Assembly (NCBI GenBank): GCA_017538255.1
Contig: JAFYJD010000012.1
Coordinates: forward strand, 5,714 to 69,713
Length of the DNA stretch: 64,000 nucleotides
Direction of reading: 5' to 3'
Source: Clostridia bacterium
GTDB taxonomy: Bacteria > Bacillota > Clostridia > Christensenellales > CAG-138
Numbering within the stretch: the stretch's first letter is position 1; each line of letters begins with the position of its first letter. A model generated the notes under the pieces. The model was not told the DNA's origin. It worked only from the letters and a program-made list of their open reading frames with translations, and made no database searches. Below, piece after piece: positions 27,910 through 36,444 of this stretch. The translations under genes were made by a program, and so were the position numbers.

Positions 27910-28830
27910 ATGACTGAATCGAACTCAATTAATACAGATACTAGAATCAATATCAACTGGTACCCGGGGCATATGGCGAAAGCAAGGCGTATGCTTGAAG
28001 AAAACATTAAGCTCGTTGACATCGTAGTCGAGATTGTCGACGCGCGCTGTCCGCTTGCCTGTCGCAATCCCGATTTTGAAAGCCTTTTCAAAAACAAGAT
28101 TCGCATCGTTATAATGAACAAAAGCGATCTGTCATCGAGCGAGAACAATAAGGCATGGCTCCGCTATTTTAAACTGCAGGGTATCACCGCTTTTGAACTC
28201 GTTTCGACCGCCGCATCGGCAAGAAAGATCGCCGTTTCGCTTATCGAGAACGCGGGGCGTGATACCATCAAAAAGTATCTTGACAAGGGCATACGAAAAG
28301 TCCTGCGCGCAATGGTTATCGGCGTTCCTAATGTGGGCAAATCCACCTTAATTAACAGGATCGCCGGCGCGTCGAGAGCTCAGGTGGGGGACAGGCCAGG
28401 CGTTACGCGCAGCAAACAATGGGTCAAGGTGTCGGACTATCTTGAACTTATGGACACTCCGGGTCTATTGTGGGGCAAACTCGAAAACGAGACCCTTGCT
28501 ATGCATCTTGCGTATATCGGCTCTATCCGCGACGATGTGCTCGATGTGGAATTGATCGCTTCGATGCTGCTTAAAGACCTTTTGCTCCGCTGCCCCGAGC
28601 AGGTGCGGTCAAGGTATAAAAAACTGCCGGAAGAGTTTAACACGTCTTACGAACTCCTGGAAGGCGTTTGCAGGAGCCGCGGCTTTGTGCTGTCAGGCGG
28701 TGTTTTTGACACGGAGCGCGCATCGCGCATAGTGCTCGACGAGTACCGCGCCGGCAAGATTGCCTTTACCGCGCTCGAAACGCCGGATGAGATTGAATCT
28801 ATACTCAACAAACCAAACTATGATAAATAA
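27910..28830 (+). CDS. rbgA: ribosome biogenesis GTPase A (YlqF/RbgA)
   Basis: WYPGHMAKA and circularly permuted GTPase motifs (NKSDL, GVPNVGKST, DTPG). Confidence 0.92.
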   Translation: MTESNSINTDTRININWYPGHMAKARRMLEENIKLVDIVVEIVDARCPLACRNPDFESLFKNKIRIVIMNKSDLSSSENNKAWLRYFKLQGITAFELVSTAASARKIAVSLIENAGRDTIKKYLDKGIRKVLRAMVIGVPNVGKSTLINRIAGASRAQVGDRPGVTRSKQWVKVSDYLELMDTPGLLWGKLENETLAMHLAYIGSIRDDVLDVELIASMLLKDLLLRCPEQVRSRYKKLPEEFNTSYELLEGVCRSRGFVLSGGVFDTERASRIVLDEYRAGKIAFTALETPDEIESILNKPNYDK

Positions 28831-29473
28831 AACTTCAAAAACCAAACATTCCGAATCAGAGCGGCTTCATATAATGAGCGAAAACGAGCGCCCGTTTTGG
28901 GAAAGAGGCATCGCTGTCGCAGGTATGGACGAGGTTGGCAGGGGCCCTCTCGCCGGCCCCGTTGTCGCGGCCTGCGTCATACTTCCGCCGGGTCTTTTGA
29001 TCGAGGGCGTTAACGATTCAAAAAAACTGTCCAAAAAGAAACTTGAATCGCTCTATTCCGTAATCAAGGGGAACGCAGTCGCCATCGGCATGGGCTGGGT
29101 GGACGAGAAGATCATCGATCAGATAAACATTCTCAACGCGACCAAACTCGTCTTCAAACGCGCCTATGAGAATATGGCGTACCCCTGCTCCGATGTGTTC
29201 ATAGACGCCGTAAAAGGGCTTGACATCGACGCAAATCAGCATCCGATCATCCACGGGGACGCGCTTTGCTATTCTATCGCTGCGGCGAGCATCGTCGCAA
29301 AAGTCGAGCGCGACAGATTTATGATCGCAATGGCGGAAAAACACCCCGAATACGGATTCGAAAAGAACGTCGGATACGGCACAAAACAGCATCTTGAGGC
29401 GCTGAAAGCGCACGGTGTCTGTCCGATACACCGGAGCAGTTTCCTAAAAAAGTTTTTTGCGAATAATGATTAG
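28820..29473 (+). CDS. rnhB: ribonuclease HII
   Basis: AGMDEVGRGPLAGPVVAA and DSKKLS motifs. Start ATG 28820 overlapping the rbgA end. Confidence 0.9.
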   Translation: MINKTSKTKHSESERLHIMSENERPFWERGIAVAGMDEVGRGPLAGPVVAACVILPPGLLIEGVNDSKKLSKKKLESLYSVIKGNAVAIGMGWVDEKIIDQINILNATKLVFKRAYENMAYPCSDVFIDAVKGLDIDANQHPIIHGDALCYSIAAASIVAKVERDRFMIAMAEKHPEYGFEKNVGYGTKQHLEALKAHGVCPIHRSSFLKKFFANND

Positions 29474-29478
29474 AACAA

Positions 29479-29886
29479 GTGGTCAAGAGCAATTCTAAAA
29501 AGAAAAACCTTTCGCTGATGAGCGGAAGCAAAACGCAGCGTGCGGGCGCAAAAGGCGAGCGCCGCGCACGGCTGTATCTTGTTCTTCACGGTTATAAGAT
29601 TCTTGAAAAGAACACTCTTTACGGGCATAAGGAGATCGACATTATCGCAAAAAAAGGTAAGACATACGCGTTTGTCGAGGTAAAGTCAAGAACTGGTGCC
29701 CGCGCGATCGCTCCGGCGCTGAGTGTCAACACCGCGAAGAAAAAACGCGTTATATCCGCCGCAAACGCGTATGTGGCGCGAAACGGCATCCGCAACGCAT
29801 ATCTGCGTTTCGATATCATAGAAGTCGATCTCGGCAAAAGACTGCCGCTTTCGGGAGTCAAACATATAGAGAACGCATTCAACTGA
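29479..29886 (+). CDS. yraN: YraN-family (UPF0102) endonuclease-like protein
   Basis: GERRARLYLVLHGYKILEKN...EIDIIAKKG..YAFVEVKSR. The start codon is uncertain (GTG 29479 or ATG 29518). Confidence 0.8.
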   Translation: MVKSNSKKKNLSLMSGSKTQRAGAKGERRARLYLVLHGYKILEKNTLYGHKEIDIIAKKGKTYAFVEVKSRTGARAIAPALSVNTAKKKRVISAANAYVARNGIRNAYLRFDIIEVDLGKRLPLSGVKHIENAFN

Positions 29887-29905
29887 ACTTTTTTACATAT
29901 TTTAC

Positions 29906-29965
29906 TTCACTTTCGCATTCACTTTTTACCAAACACTTCATTTTTGATCGAAAATGTGTTAAAAT
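29906..29965 (+). promoter_or_regulatory. direct repeats TTCAYTTT x3 plus an extended -10 promoter upstream of the glycosylation genes
   Basis: TTCACTTT at 29906 and 29918, TTCATTTT at 29937. TGtTAAAAT extended -10 at 29957-29965. Confidence 0.25.
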
Positions 29966-30041
29966 ACATAAACTGGGTTATTATTGACATTTGTTTTTGA
30001 TAATCCAAACCTTCAACATAAACTGCATCAAAGAGGTAAAT

Positions 30042-31526
30042 ATGAGACAGTCCGAACCAAAAGTGTTTCCGACTCAGCATATACTGACGATCACGGTGCT
30101 TGCAACACTCGTCTATTTGCTGCTGTACTTTGTTTATACCCGCTTTAAGAAAAAAGACGATCTCAGGCTGATAGAGCCACAATCCCGATCCAAGAGTTTG
30201 ATCGTCATATTCACGCTCTTTGCGGCGCTCGTTATCCGCATCCTGCTCTCGGTACTCGTAGAGGGGCACAAAACTGATATCAACTGCTTTACGAGCTGGG
30301 CGAACACCCTCTATCGCAGCGGTTTCCAAGATTTTTATAATGGCGCGATGCCCGATTATCCGCCGGGATATATGTATGTACTTCGCTTTATGGCAAGCAT
30401 TGCCACCGCCGTATTCGGTCATGGACCCCGCGATCAGTTCGGCAACTATGATCTTTTCTATGTATCTTTCATAAAACTGCCCGCGATAATCGCCGATCTT
30501 GGCGCGGCATATTTCGTTTACAATGCCGCGCAAAAGCGCTACGGATTCTCCCGCGCCTTCTTCCTGTTGGCGCTTGTAGCGTTTAATCCGCTGATGATCT
30601 ATATCTCATCAGGCTGGGGGCAGATCGATCAGATACTGACGGTGTTTATAACCTTCGCCATCTATGAACTCGAAAAGGAAAATGCGATAATCGCAGGATT
30701 CCTGTATGGGCTTTCGATCCTTCTGAAACCGCAGGCGCTTATGGTCGGTCCCTTGTTTGCCGTCGCATATTTCTGCTATGTTTTTGAGCCCATTTATATT
30801 GAAAAAGAAAAGAGAAACAAAGAGTTTATAAAGCGCCTCGGAAAAACCGCTGCCGCCGTGCTGGTCGCTGTTCTGATGCTTGTGTTATCCGCGCTCCCGT
30901 TCTCCAGAAGCGATCTGCCTTGGTACCGGCTCATTCACGAAAAATATCTCGGAACCGCAACATCCTATGATTACGCTTCCGTAAATGCCTACAATATCTT
31001 CACTCTATTCGGCAAGAACTGGGCTCGTGTCGATCAAAAATCCTTCATCGGACTTACGCTAGGCCAACTCGGCACCATAGGTATGGCGTATTCGGTACTC
31101 CTCGGTTGCGTGATATACATAGTCGGACGCAAAAAGAACAGAGGCGCAATGTTCCTTGCCGCAGCGTTCACTTTTGCTTCGCTGTTCACGCTTGGACACT
31201 ATATGCACGAAAGGTATATGTTCCCGGTGCTCCTGCTGCTGTTTGCCGCATATCTGTACTACGATAATAAATACCTGCTTTATTTGGCCATAGCATACAC
31301 CGCATTCGGTATGCTCAACTGCCTCTGCGCGTTCTATTACAGCCAATACCATCAGTACTATCTGTATTGGGACAAGGGGCTCATACTGTTCGGTTCTATA
31401 TGCAACGTTATTACATTTATCGCTTTGAAAATACTCTGCATCTATCTTGTCTTCATTAGACGGAAAGAACAAGAAGATGGTGCAGGGTTTGCCGGCGGTA
31501 AAACGCAAAATGTGCTCGATCGATAA
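30042..31526 (+). CDS. GT-C-fold integral membrane glycosyltransferase (ALG6/ALG8- or PIG-V-like)
   Basis: More than 10 hydrophobic helices. The first-loop motif HKTDINCFTSWANTL...MPDYPPGYMY resembles the D-x5-W...DYPP motif of lipid-carrier-dependent GT-C enzymes. Start ATG 30042. Confidence 0.6.
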   Translation: MRQSEPKVFPTQHILTITVLATLVYLLLYFVYTRFKKKDDLRLIEPQSRSKSLIVIFTLFAALVIRILLSVLVEGHKTDINCFTSWANTLYRSGFQDFYNGAMPDYPPGYMYVLRFMASIATAVFGHGPRDQFGNYDLFYVSFIKLPAIIADLGAAYFVYNAAQKRYGFSRAFFLLALVAFNPLMIYISSGWGQIDQILTVFITFAIYELEKENAIIAGFLYGLSILLKPQALMVGPLFAVAYFCYVFEPIYIEKEKRNKEFIKRLGKTAAAVLVAVLMLVLSALPFSRSDLPWYRLIHEKYLGTATSYDYASVNAYNIFTLFGKNWARVDQKSFIGLTLGQLGTIGMAYSVLLGCVIYIVGRKKNRGAMFLAAAFTFASLFTLGHYMHERYMFPVLLLLFAAYLYYDNKYLLYLAIAYTAFGMLNCLCAFYYSQYHQYYLYWDKGLILFGSICNVITFIALKILCIYLVFIRRKEQEDGAGFAGGKTQNVLDR

Positions 31527-31536
31527 GGAGTTCACT

Positions 31537-34299
31537 ATGAAGAAAACCGCTTATAAAACCATAAAATTATCGCGCATCGCGCTTGTCGTCCTGATCGCGG
31601 CGGTCCTCGCGTTTTCCACCTTTTCCGCCTGCGCCTCGGCGGGCGTCAAGAACGGCGATTTTGAAAAAGTGGGGGATATGAGCCTTCCAAAAAACTGGAA
31701 TTACAATTCCTATCTGAATGACACCTCTATCTCGCATTGTGCGCTCGTTAAGGACGCTTCCCGAGGTAATGTGCTTCGCATAACCGTAAACGCAGACGAT
31801 GACTGCAGGATGATCCAAACCGTCCGCGTTAAAGGCGAATCATACTATCGTATATCGGGCTATATCAAGACCGAAAATGTCGAAGGCGGCGCCGGCGCGA
31901 ATATCGCTCTTGAGGACGGCTTCTGCCACACCGAGGCGATATTCGGCACGACGGATTGGCAAAAAGTCGAACTCTACGGCTACACCGGCAAGGGGCAGAC
32001 AGAACTTCGCATAGGATGCCGCGTCGGCAACTACGGCAATGTCAGCAAGGGTGTTGCATACTTCGACGATATCATTATGGAGCGCCTTACGAGTGCGCCC
32101 GAGGGCGTAACCGTAAACGATTTTAACGTAAAGCAGGGGTCGATGACCGGCGGCGACGATGAAAGCGAACCCGTCAACTACAAATCCGACAGTCATATAG
32201 AGCAATATACGGCAAGGATGCGCATGATCTTCATTATGGGATCCGTATTCATACTTGTTCCGCTTATTGTGTTTGCAATACTGCTCTTTGAGCGCGCATA
32301 CGAAAACCGAATTGGCCGCGAGATCAAAACGCCTGCGGAAGAAACACCGTCTTTTTTCAACGTATCGACAGTTCCGCTCCCTCAAAAGACCGATACCAAA
32401 CTTCACTATACTAAACTCGACTGGATATTCGTTTGCGTACTTACCGCTGTCTATTCCGTACTTGCGCTTACGAATCTCGGCTCGACCAACTTCCCCGTAA
32501 ACGAATGGAAGGGCAAAGTCGGAGCGAGCGTTGTATTTGATTTCGGTCAAACCGTTTCGATCGCCGAGATATGGCAGAACGGCGGCATAACCGGCGGCAG
32601 CGGTGCCGAGGGCAATACCAAATACACATTGACGGCGGATACGGGAAAGAGCATCGAAGCCAAACAGCGCTACGGCATTATGTACCGATGGGATAAGGTG
32701 TTTACTGCGTCTGAAGAGGAACAGCGCATAACCGCAAACACGATCACACTCAATGTAACAAAGGGTCAGGCGTGGCTCAATGAGATCGTTTTCATAGGAG
32801 CCGACGGCAAACCGATCCCCGTTTCAGTTGCGGACAGTTCCGCTGCCGCGCTCGTTGACGAGCAGGACAAAGTGCCCGAATATCCTAACTATATGCACGG
32901 TATGTACTTTGACGAACTGTACCATGCACGTACCGCGTACGAGCATATCAACAACCTCAAGGTATATGAGGTCACACATCCGCCGCTCGGCAAGATATTC
33001 ATATCTCTGGGCGTACGCGCATTCGGTATGACCCCGTTCGGATGGCGTATCGTAGGCGCTCTGTTCGGCATCGCGATGATCCCGCTTATGTATGCGTTCG
33101 GAAAGCGTATGTTCAAGCGACCGACCCTTGCGTTGCTTGCAGCCGCGCTGATGGCGTTCGATTTTATGCATTATTCACAGACGAGGATCTCGACGATAGA
33201 TGTATACGGTGTGTTCTTCAATCTTGCGATGACTTATTATATGTATAAGTTTATCAAGATGGATCTTGGCGACAGTCTCAGATCCACGCTCGTTCCGCTC
33301 GCACTCTCAGGCATATTCTTCGGAATCGGCTGCGCGTCGAAGTGGATATGTATGTATACGGGCGTTGCGCTGGCGGTTATGTTCTTCGCAAAACTCATAT
33401 TCACATACATAAAGGCGCGTAAGATCAACAAAATGGATCTTGATAAATCTCAGCGCTCCGAGCCCGCCGTCGAAAATGCGAAGAAGATTAATTCAAGGCT
33501 TATCAAGACCGTCCTCTGGTGCGTGCCGTTCTTCATCGTGATACCGCTTTGCATATATCTTGCTTCGTACTATCCGTATTACACAGCGGAGTGGAAGCCG
33601 AACGCGGAGACCGTAAAACTCAACTCCACCGGGGATAAGACGCTCACCGTAAAAGAGCAGACAAAGACCTATATCGATGGCGTTATAAAGAATCAGGATT
33701 ATATGTATAAGTACCACAGCGGGCTCAAATCCGAACACGCTTATCAGTCAGACTGGTATGAATGGCCGCTATCCAACCGTCCGATGTGGTTTTATGCCGG
33801 CTATCAGCATCCCGATAAAACTCTGTACGGAACGATATCATCTTTCGGCAACCCCGCTGTTTGGTGGGTCGGCTTTTTAGGTACTGTCTTTATGCTGATG
33901 ATGATACCGTTCAAGCGCACAAAGGTAAACACCGAAGTGTTCTTCATAATCGTTTGCCTCGCTTCAAGTATGCTGCCGTGGATGTTGATAAAACGAAGCG
34001 TATTCATATACCACTACTTTGCGACGGTACCGCTGATCATACTGTCGAGCGTGTACGTGCTGAAGCATTACGAGGATAAACTTTACTACACGCCCAAGGA
34101 AATGGGGCTTGCGCTCACGCCGGTGCGCAGGTACTCGATATATGCCAAGTACGTATGGATCGGCGTCGCGGCAGTGCTCTTTGCGGTATTCTATCCCGTT
34201 ATAACCGGCATTCCGGTATCAAAGAACTATGTTTCCGCGCTTCAATGGTTCCCGACATGGACGTTTATGGGCTATTGGCCCGTCATTTGGCCGAAATAA
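31537..34299 (+). CDS. PMT/GT39-type phospholipid-carrier-dependent glycosyltransferase with an N-terminal CBM-like domain and an internal discoidin-like domain
   Basis: FDELYHARTAYE...THPPLGK (loop-1 DE motif) and C-terminal SDWYEWPLSNRPMWFY (PMT C-terminal TM region). The N-terminus has a signal/anchor followed by NGDFE...beta-sandwich-like sequence. A second lectin-like segment is NEWKG..VVFDFGQTVSIAEIW...AWLNEIVFIG. RBS AAGGAG overlaps the upstream stop. Confidence 0.75.
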   Translation: MKKTAYKTIKLSRIALVVLIAAVLAFSTFSACASAGVKNGDFEKVGDMSLPKNWNYNSYLNDTSISHCALVKDASRGNVLRITVNADDDCRMIQTVRVKGESYYRISGYIKTENVEGGAGANIALEDGFCHTEAIFGTTDWQKVELYGYTGKGQTELRIGCRVGNYGNVSKGVAYFDDIIMERLTSAPEGVTVNDFNVKQGSMTGGDDESEPVNYKSDSHIEQYTARMRMIFIMGSVFILVPLIVFAILLFERAYENRIGREIKTPAEETPSFFNVSTVPLPQKTDTKLHYTKLDWIFVCVLTAVYSVLALTNLGSTNFPVNEWKGKVGASVVFDFGQTVSIAEIWQNGGITGGSGAEGNTKYTLTADTGKSIEAKQRYGIMYRWDKVFTASEEEQRITANTITLNVTKGQAWLNEIVFIGADGKPIPVSVADSSAAALVDEQDKVPEYPNYMHGMYFDELYHARTAYEHINNLKVYEVTHPPLGKIFISLGVRAFGMTPFGWRIVGALFGIAMIPLMYAFGKRMFKRPTLALLAAALMAFDFMHYSQTRISTIDVYGVFFNLAMTYYMYKFIKMDLGDSLRSTLVPLALSGIFFGIGCASKWICMYTGVALAVMFFAKLIFTYIKARKINKMDLDKSQRSEPAVENAKKINSRLIKTVLWCVPFFIVIPLCIYLASYYPYYTAEWKPNAETVKLNSTGDKTLTVKEQTKTYIDGVIKNQDYMYKYHSGLKSEHAYQSDWYEWPLSNRPMWFYAGYQHPDKTLYGTISSFGNPAVWWVGFLGTVFMLMMIPFKRTKVNTEVFFIIVCLASSMLPWMLIKRSVFIYHYFATVPLIILSSVYVLKHYEDKLYYTPKEMGLALTPVRRYSIYAKYVWIGVAAVLFAVFYPVITGIPVSKNYVSALQWFPTWTFMGYWPVIWPK

Positions 34300-34302
34300 A
34301 AG

Positions 34303-34845
34303 GTGGTGACTGATTTGCAAAATACCGAAAACGGATTCAACAACAAGATCGATCGATCCGGCAAAAAGAACATAGTTCAGTTCATAAAGTTCGGACTCGT
34401 CGGCGTAAGCAACACGCTTGTTGATATGGTCGTTAACATCATCGTAACAAAGGTGCTGGAACTGTTTACCGGTGCCGGTTGGATCACCTACGCCGCAAAG
34501 ACCGTAGGCTACTGCGCGGGCGTGCTCAACAGTTATGCGCTCAACAGCAGGTGGACATTCAAAGAGGAGCGCAAAAAGGATAAACGCGAGAAGATCGCTT
34601 TTATACTGGTCAATCTGTTCGTGTATGCCATATCCATCGCGTTCATATGGCTGTTTACCTCGGTTTTGCATCTTGACTCGTGGTGGGATAACAGCGGTAT
34701 GCCCGATTGGCTCAAGAACATCATTGGCGGCAGACTGTTCTGTTCGCTCCTTGCGACTGTCATCTGCATATTTATCAACTTTATTCTCAATAAACTTTTC
34801 GTCTTCAAGGGCGAAAAAACCGATAGCAGTATCGATACTGTTTGA
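34303..34845 (+). CDS. GtrA-family protein (polyprenyl-phosphate-sugar flippase-like)
   Basis: IVQFIKFGLVGVSNTLVDMVV...NSRWTF and four TM helices. The start is ambiguous (GTG 34303/34306 or TTG 34315 after AAAGGTGG). Confidence 0.8.
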   Translation: MVTDLQNTENGFNNKIDRSGKKNIVQFIKFGLVGVSNTLVDMVVNIIVTKVLELFTGAGWITYAAKTVGYCAGVLNSYALNSRWTFKEERKKDKREKIAFILVNLFVYAISIAFIWLFTSVLHLDSWWDNSGMPDWLKNIIGGRLFCSLLATVICIFINFILNKLFVFKGEKTDSSIDTV

Positions 34846-34914
34846 GTACATTTTACCGGAGGAATCGCTTCTTCCGGTAAAGCATTTTGATATAGTCGAA
34901 AGGCGGAATACGGT

Positions 34915-36444
34915 ATGCTGGCAAGAATAATGAGTTATGGGCTGTCGGGCCTCATCGGTTATCCCGTTACTGTAGAAACCGATATAACTTTCGGTGCCGC
35001 GGTCTATGAGACCGTAGGGCTGCCCGACAACGCCGTCAAGGAATCAAAACAGCGCGTGCATTCCGCGATCATCAACTCCGGATTTTCGTTCCCGAATGTT
35101 CGCATAGTCGTCAATCTCGCGCCTGCGGACATCCGAAAAGAGGGCACGGTCTACGATCTGCCCGTCGCGGTCGGCATTCTTGCCGCCTCGGGCGAGGTGC
35201 CGCAGACGGCGGCGCAAAACTGGATGATGCTCGGCGAACTCGCGCTCGACGGCTCGGTGCGCGGCATAACCGGCGTTCTGCCGATGGTGATCGATGCGCG
35301 TGAACGCGGCTTTACAAATATCATTCTCCCCGCCGAAAACGCACGTGAAGCGGCCGTTATAAAGGGAATAACGGTTATCCCCGTCGGATCGCTTACGGAC
35401 GCTGCGCTGTTTTTGCGCGGCAGCAAGGTCATCGAGCCCCAGCCGTACAGCAAATGGCGCGCGGACGAGCATACATACGATTCCGACTTTTCCATGATAA
35501 AGGGGCAGCAGGCAGCGAAGCGCGCCGCCGAGGTCGCCACTGCAGGCAATCACAATATCCTGCTGATCGGCACACCGGGCTCAGGCAAAACGATGCTTGC
35601 ACGAAGTATTCCGTCGATACTGCCGGCACTCACCAACGAAGAAGCGCTTGAGATCACAAAGATACACTCTATCGCGGGCGTACTCAAGGGTGGGGGGCTT
35701 GTAAGCGAACATCCGTTCCGTTCGCCGCATCACTCCGCTTCGCTTCCTTCGCTTGTCGGCGGCGGCACCAAGGCGCTCCCGGGCGAGATAAGCCTTGCGC
35801 ATTACGGCGTACTGTTTCTTGATGAACTGCCGGAGTTTTCAAGAGCAGCGCTCGAAGCGCTTCGCCAGCCGCTCGAAGACGGTTTTGTGACTGTCACGCG
35901 CGCTTCCGCAAAGGCACAGTACCCGTCAGACTTTATGCTTGTTGCGGCAATGAATCCCTGCCCCTGCGGCAATTACGGCTCCAAGACAACGCGCTGCCGC
36001 TGTACGCAATTCCAAATAGAGCGCTATCGCAACCGAATCAGCGGACCGCTTCTTGACAGGATCGACCTGCATATCGAGATGACCGAGGTGGCCTACGACG
36101 ATCTTGCTTCCAAGCAGGACGGCGAGCCGTCAAGCGTTGTACGCGAGCGTGTTTCAAACGCAAGACGCGTTCAGCGTGAACGTTTCAAAAATGAGGGAAT
36201 ACTTTTTAATTCACAGATGAGCGCGCTGCAGATCAAAAAATATTGTAAACTCGATCACGACGCCGAAAAACTGCTTGAAATGTCATTTGCAAAACTCAAT
36301 CTTTCGGCACGAGCATACAATAGGCTGATAAAGGTCGCTCGAACGATCTCCGATATGGCGGGGTGCGCGACCGTAAGCGGCGCCGCCATCGCGGAAGCGC
36401 TCCAATACCGTTCGCTCGACAGCAAATACTGGGGGAATAACTGA
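34915..36444 (+). CDS. comM: Mg-chelatase-like ATPase YifB/ComM
   Basis: Lon-like N-terminal domain, Walker A GTPGSGKT, and the FLDELPEF box. Confidence 0.92.
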   Translation: MLARIMSYGLSGLIGYPVTVETDITFGAAVYETVGLPDNAVKESKQRVHSAIINSGFSFPNVRIVVNLAPADIRKEGTVYDLPVAVGILAASGEVPQTAAQNWMMLGELALDGSVRGITGVLPMVIDARERGFTNIILPAENAREAAVIKGITVIPVGSLTDAALFLRGSKVIEPQPYSKWRADEHTYDSDFSMIKGQQAAKRAAEVATAGNHNILLIGTPGSGKTMLARSIPSILPALTNEEALEITKIHSIAGVLKGGGLVSEHPFRSPHHSASLPSLVGGGTKALPGEISLAHYGVLFLDELPEFSRAALEALRQPLEDGFVTVTRASAKAQYPSDFMLVAAMNPCPCGNYGSKTTRCRCTQFQIERYRNRISGPLLDRIDLHIEMTEVAYDDLASKQDGEPSSVVRERVSNARRVQRERFKNEGILFNSQMSALQIKKYCKLDHDAEKLLEMSFAKLNLSARAYNRLIKVARTISDMAGCATVSGAAIAEALQYRSLDSKYWGNN

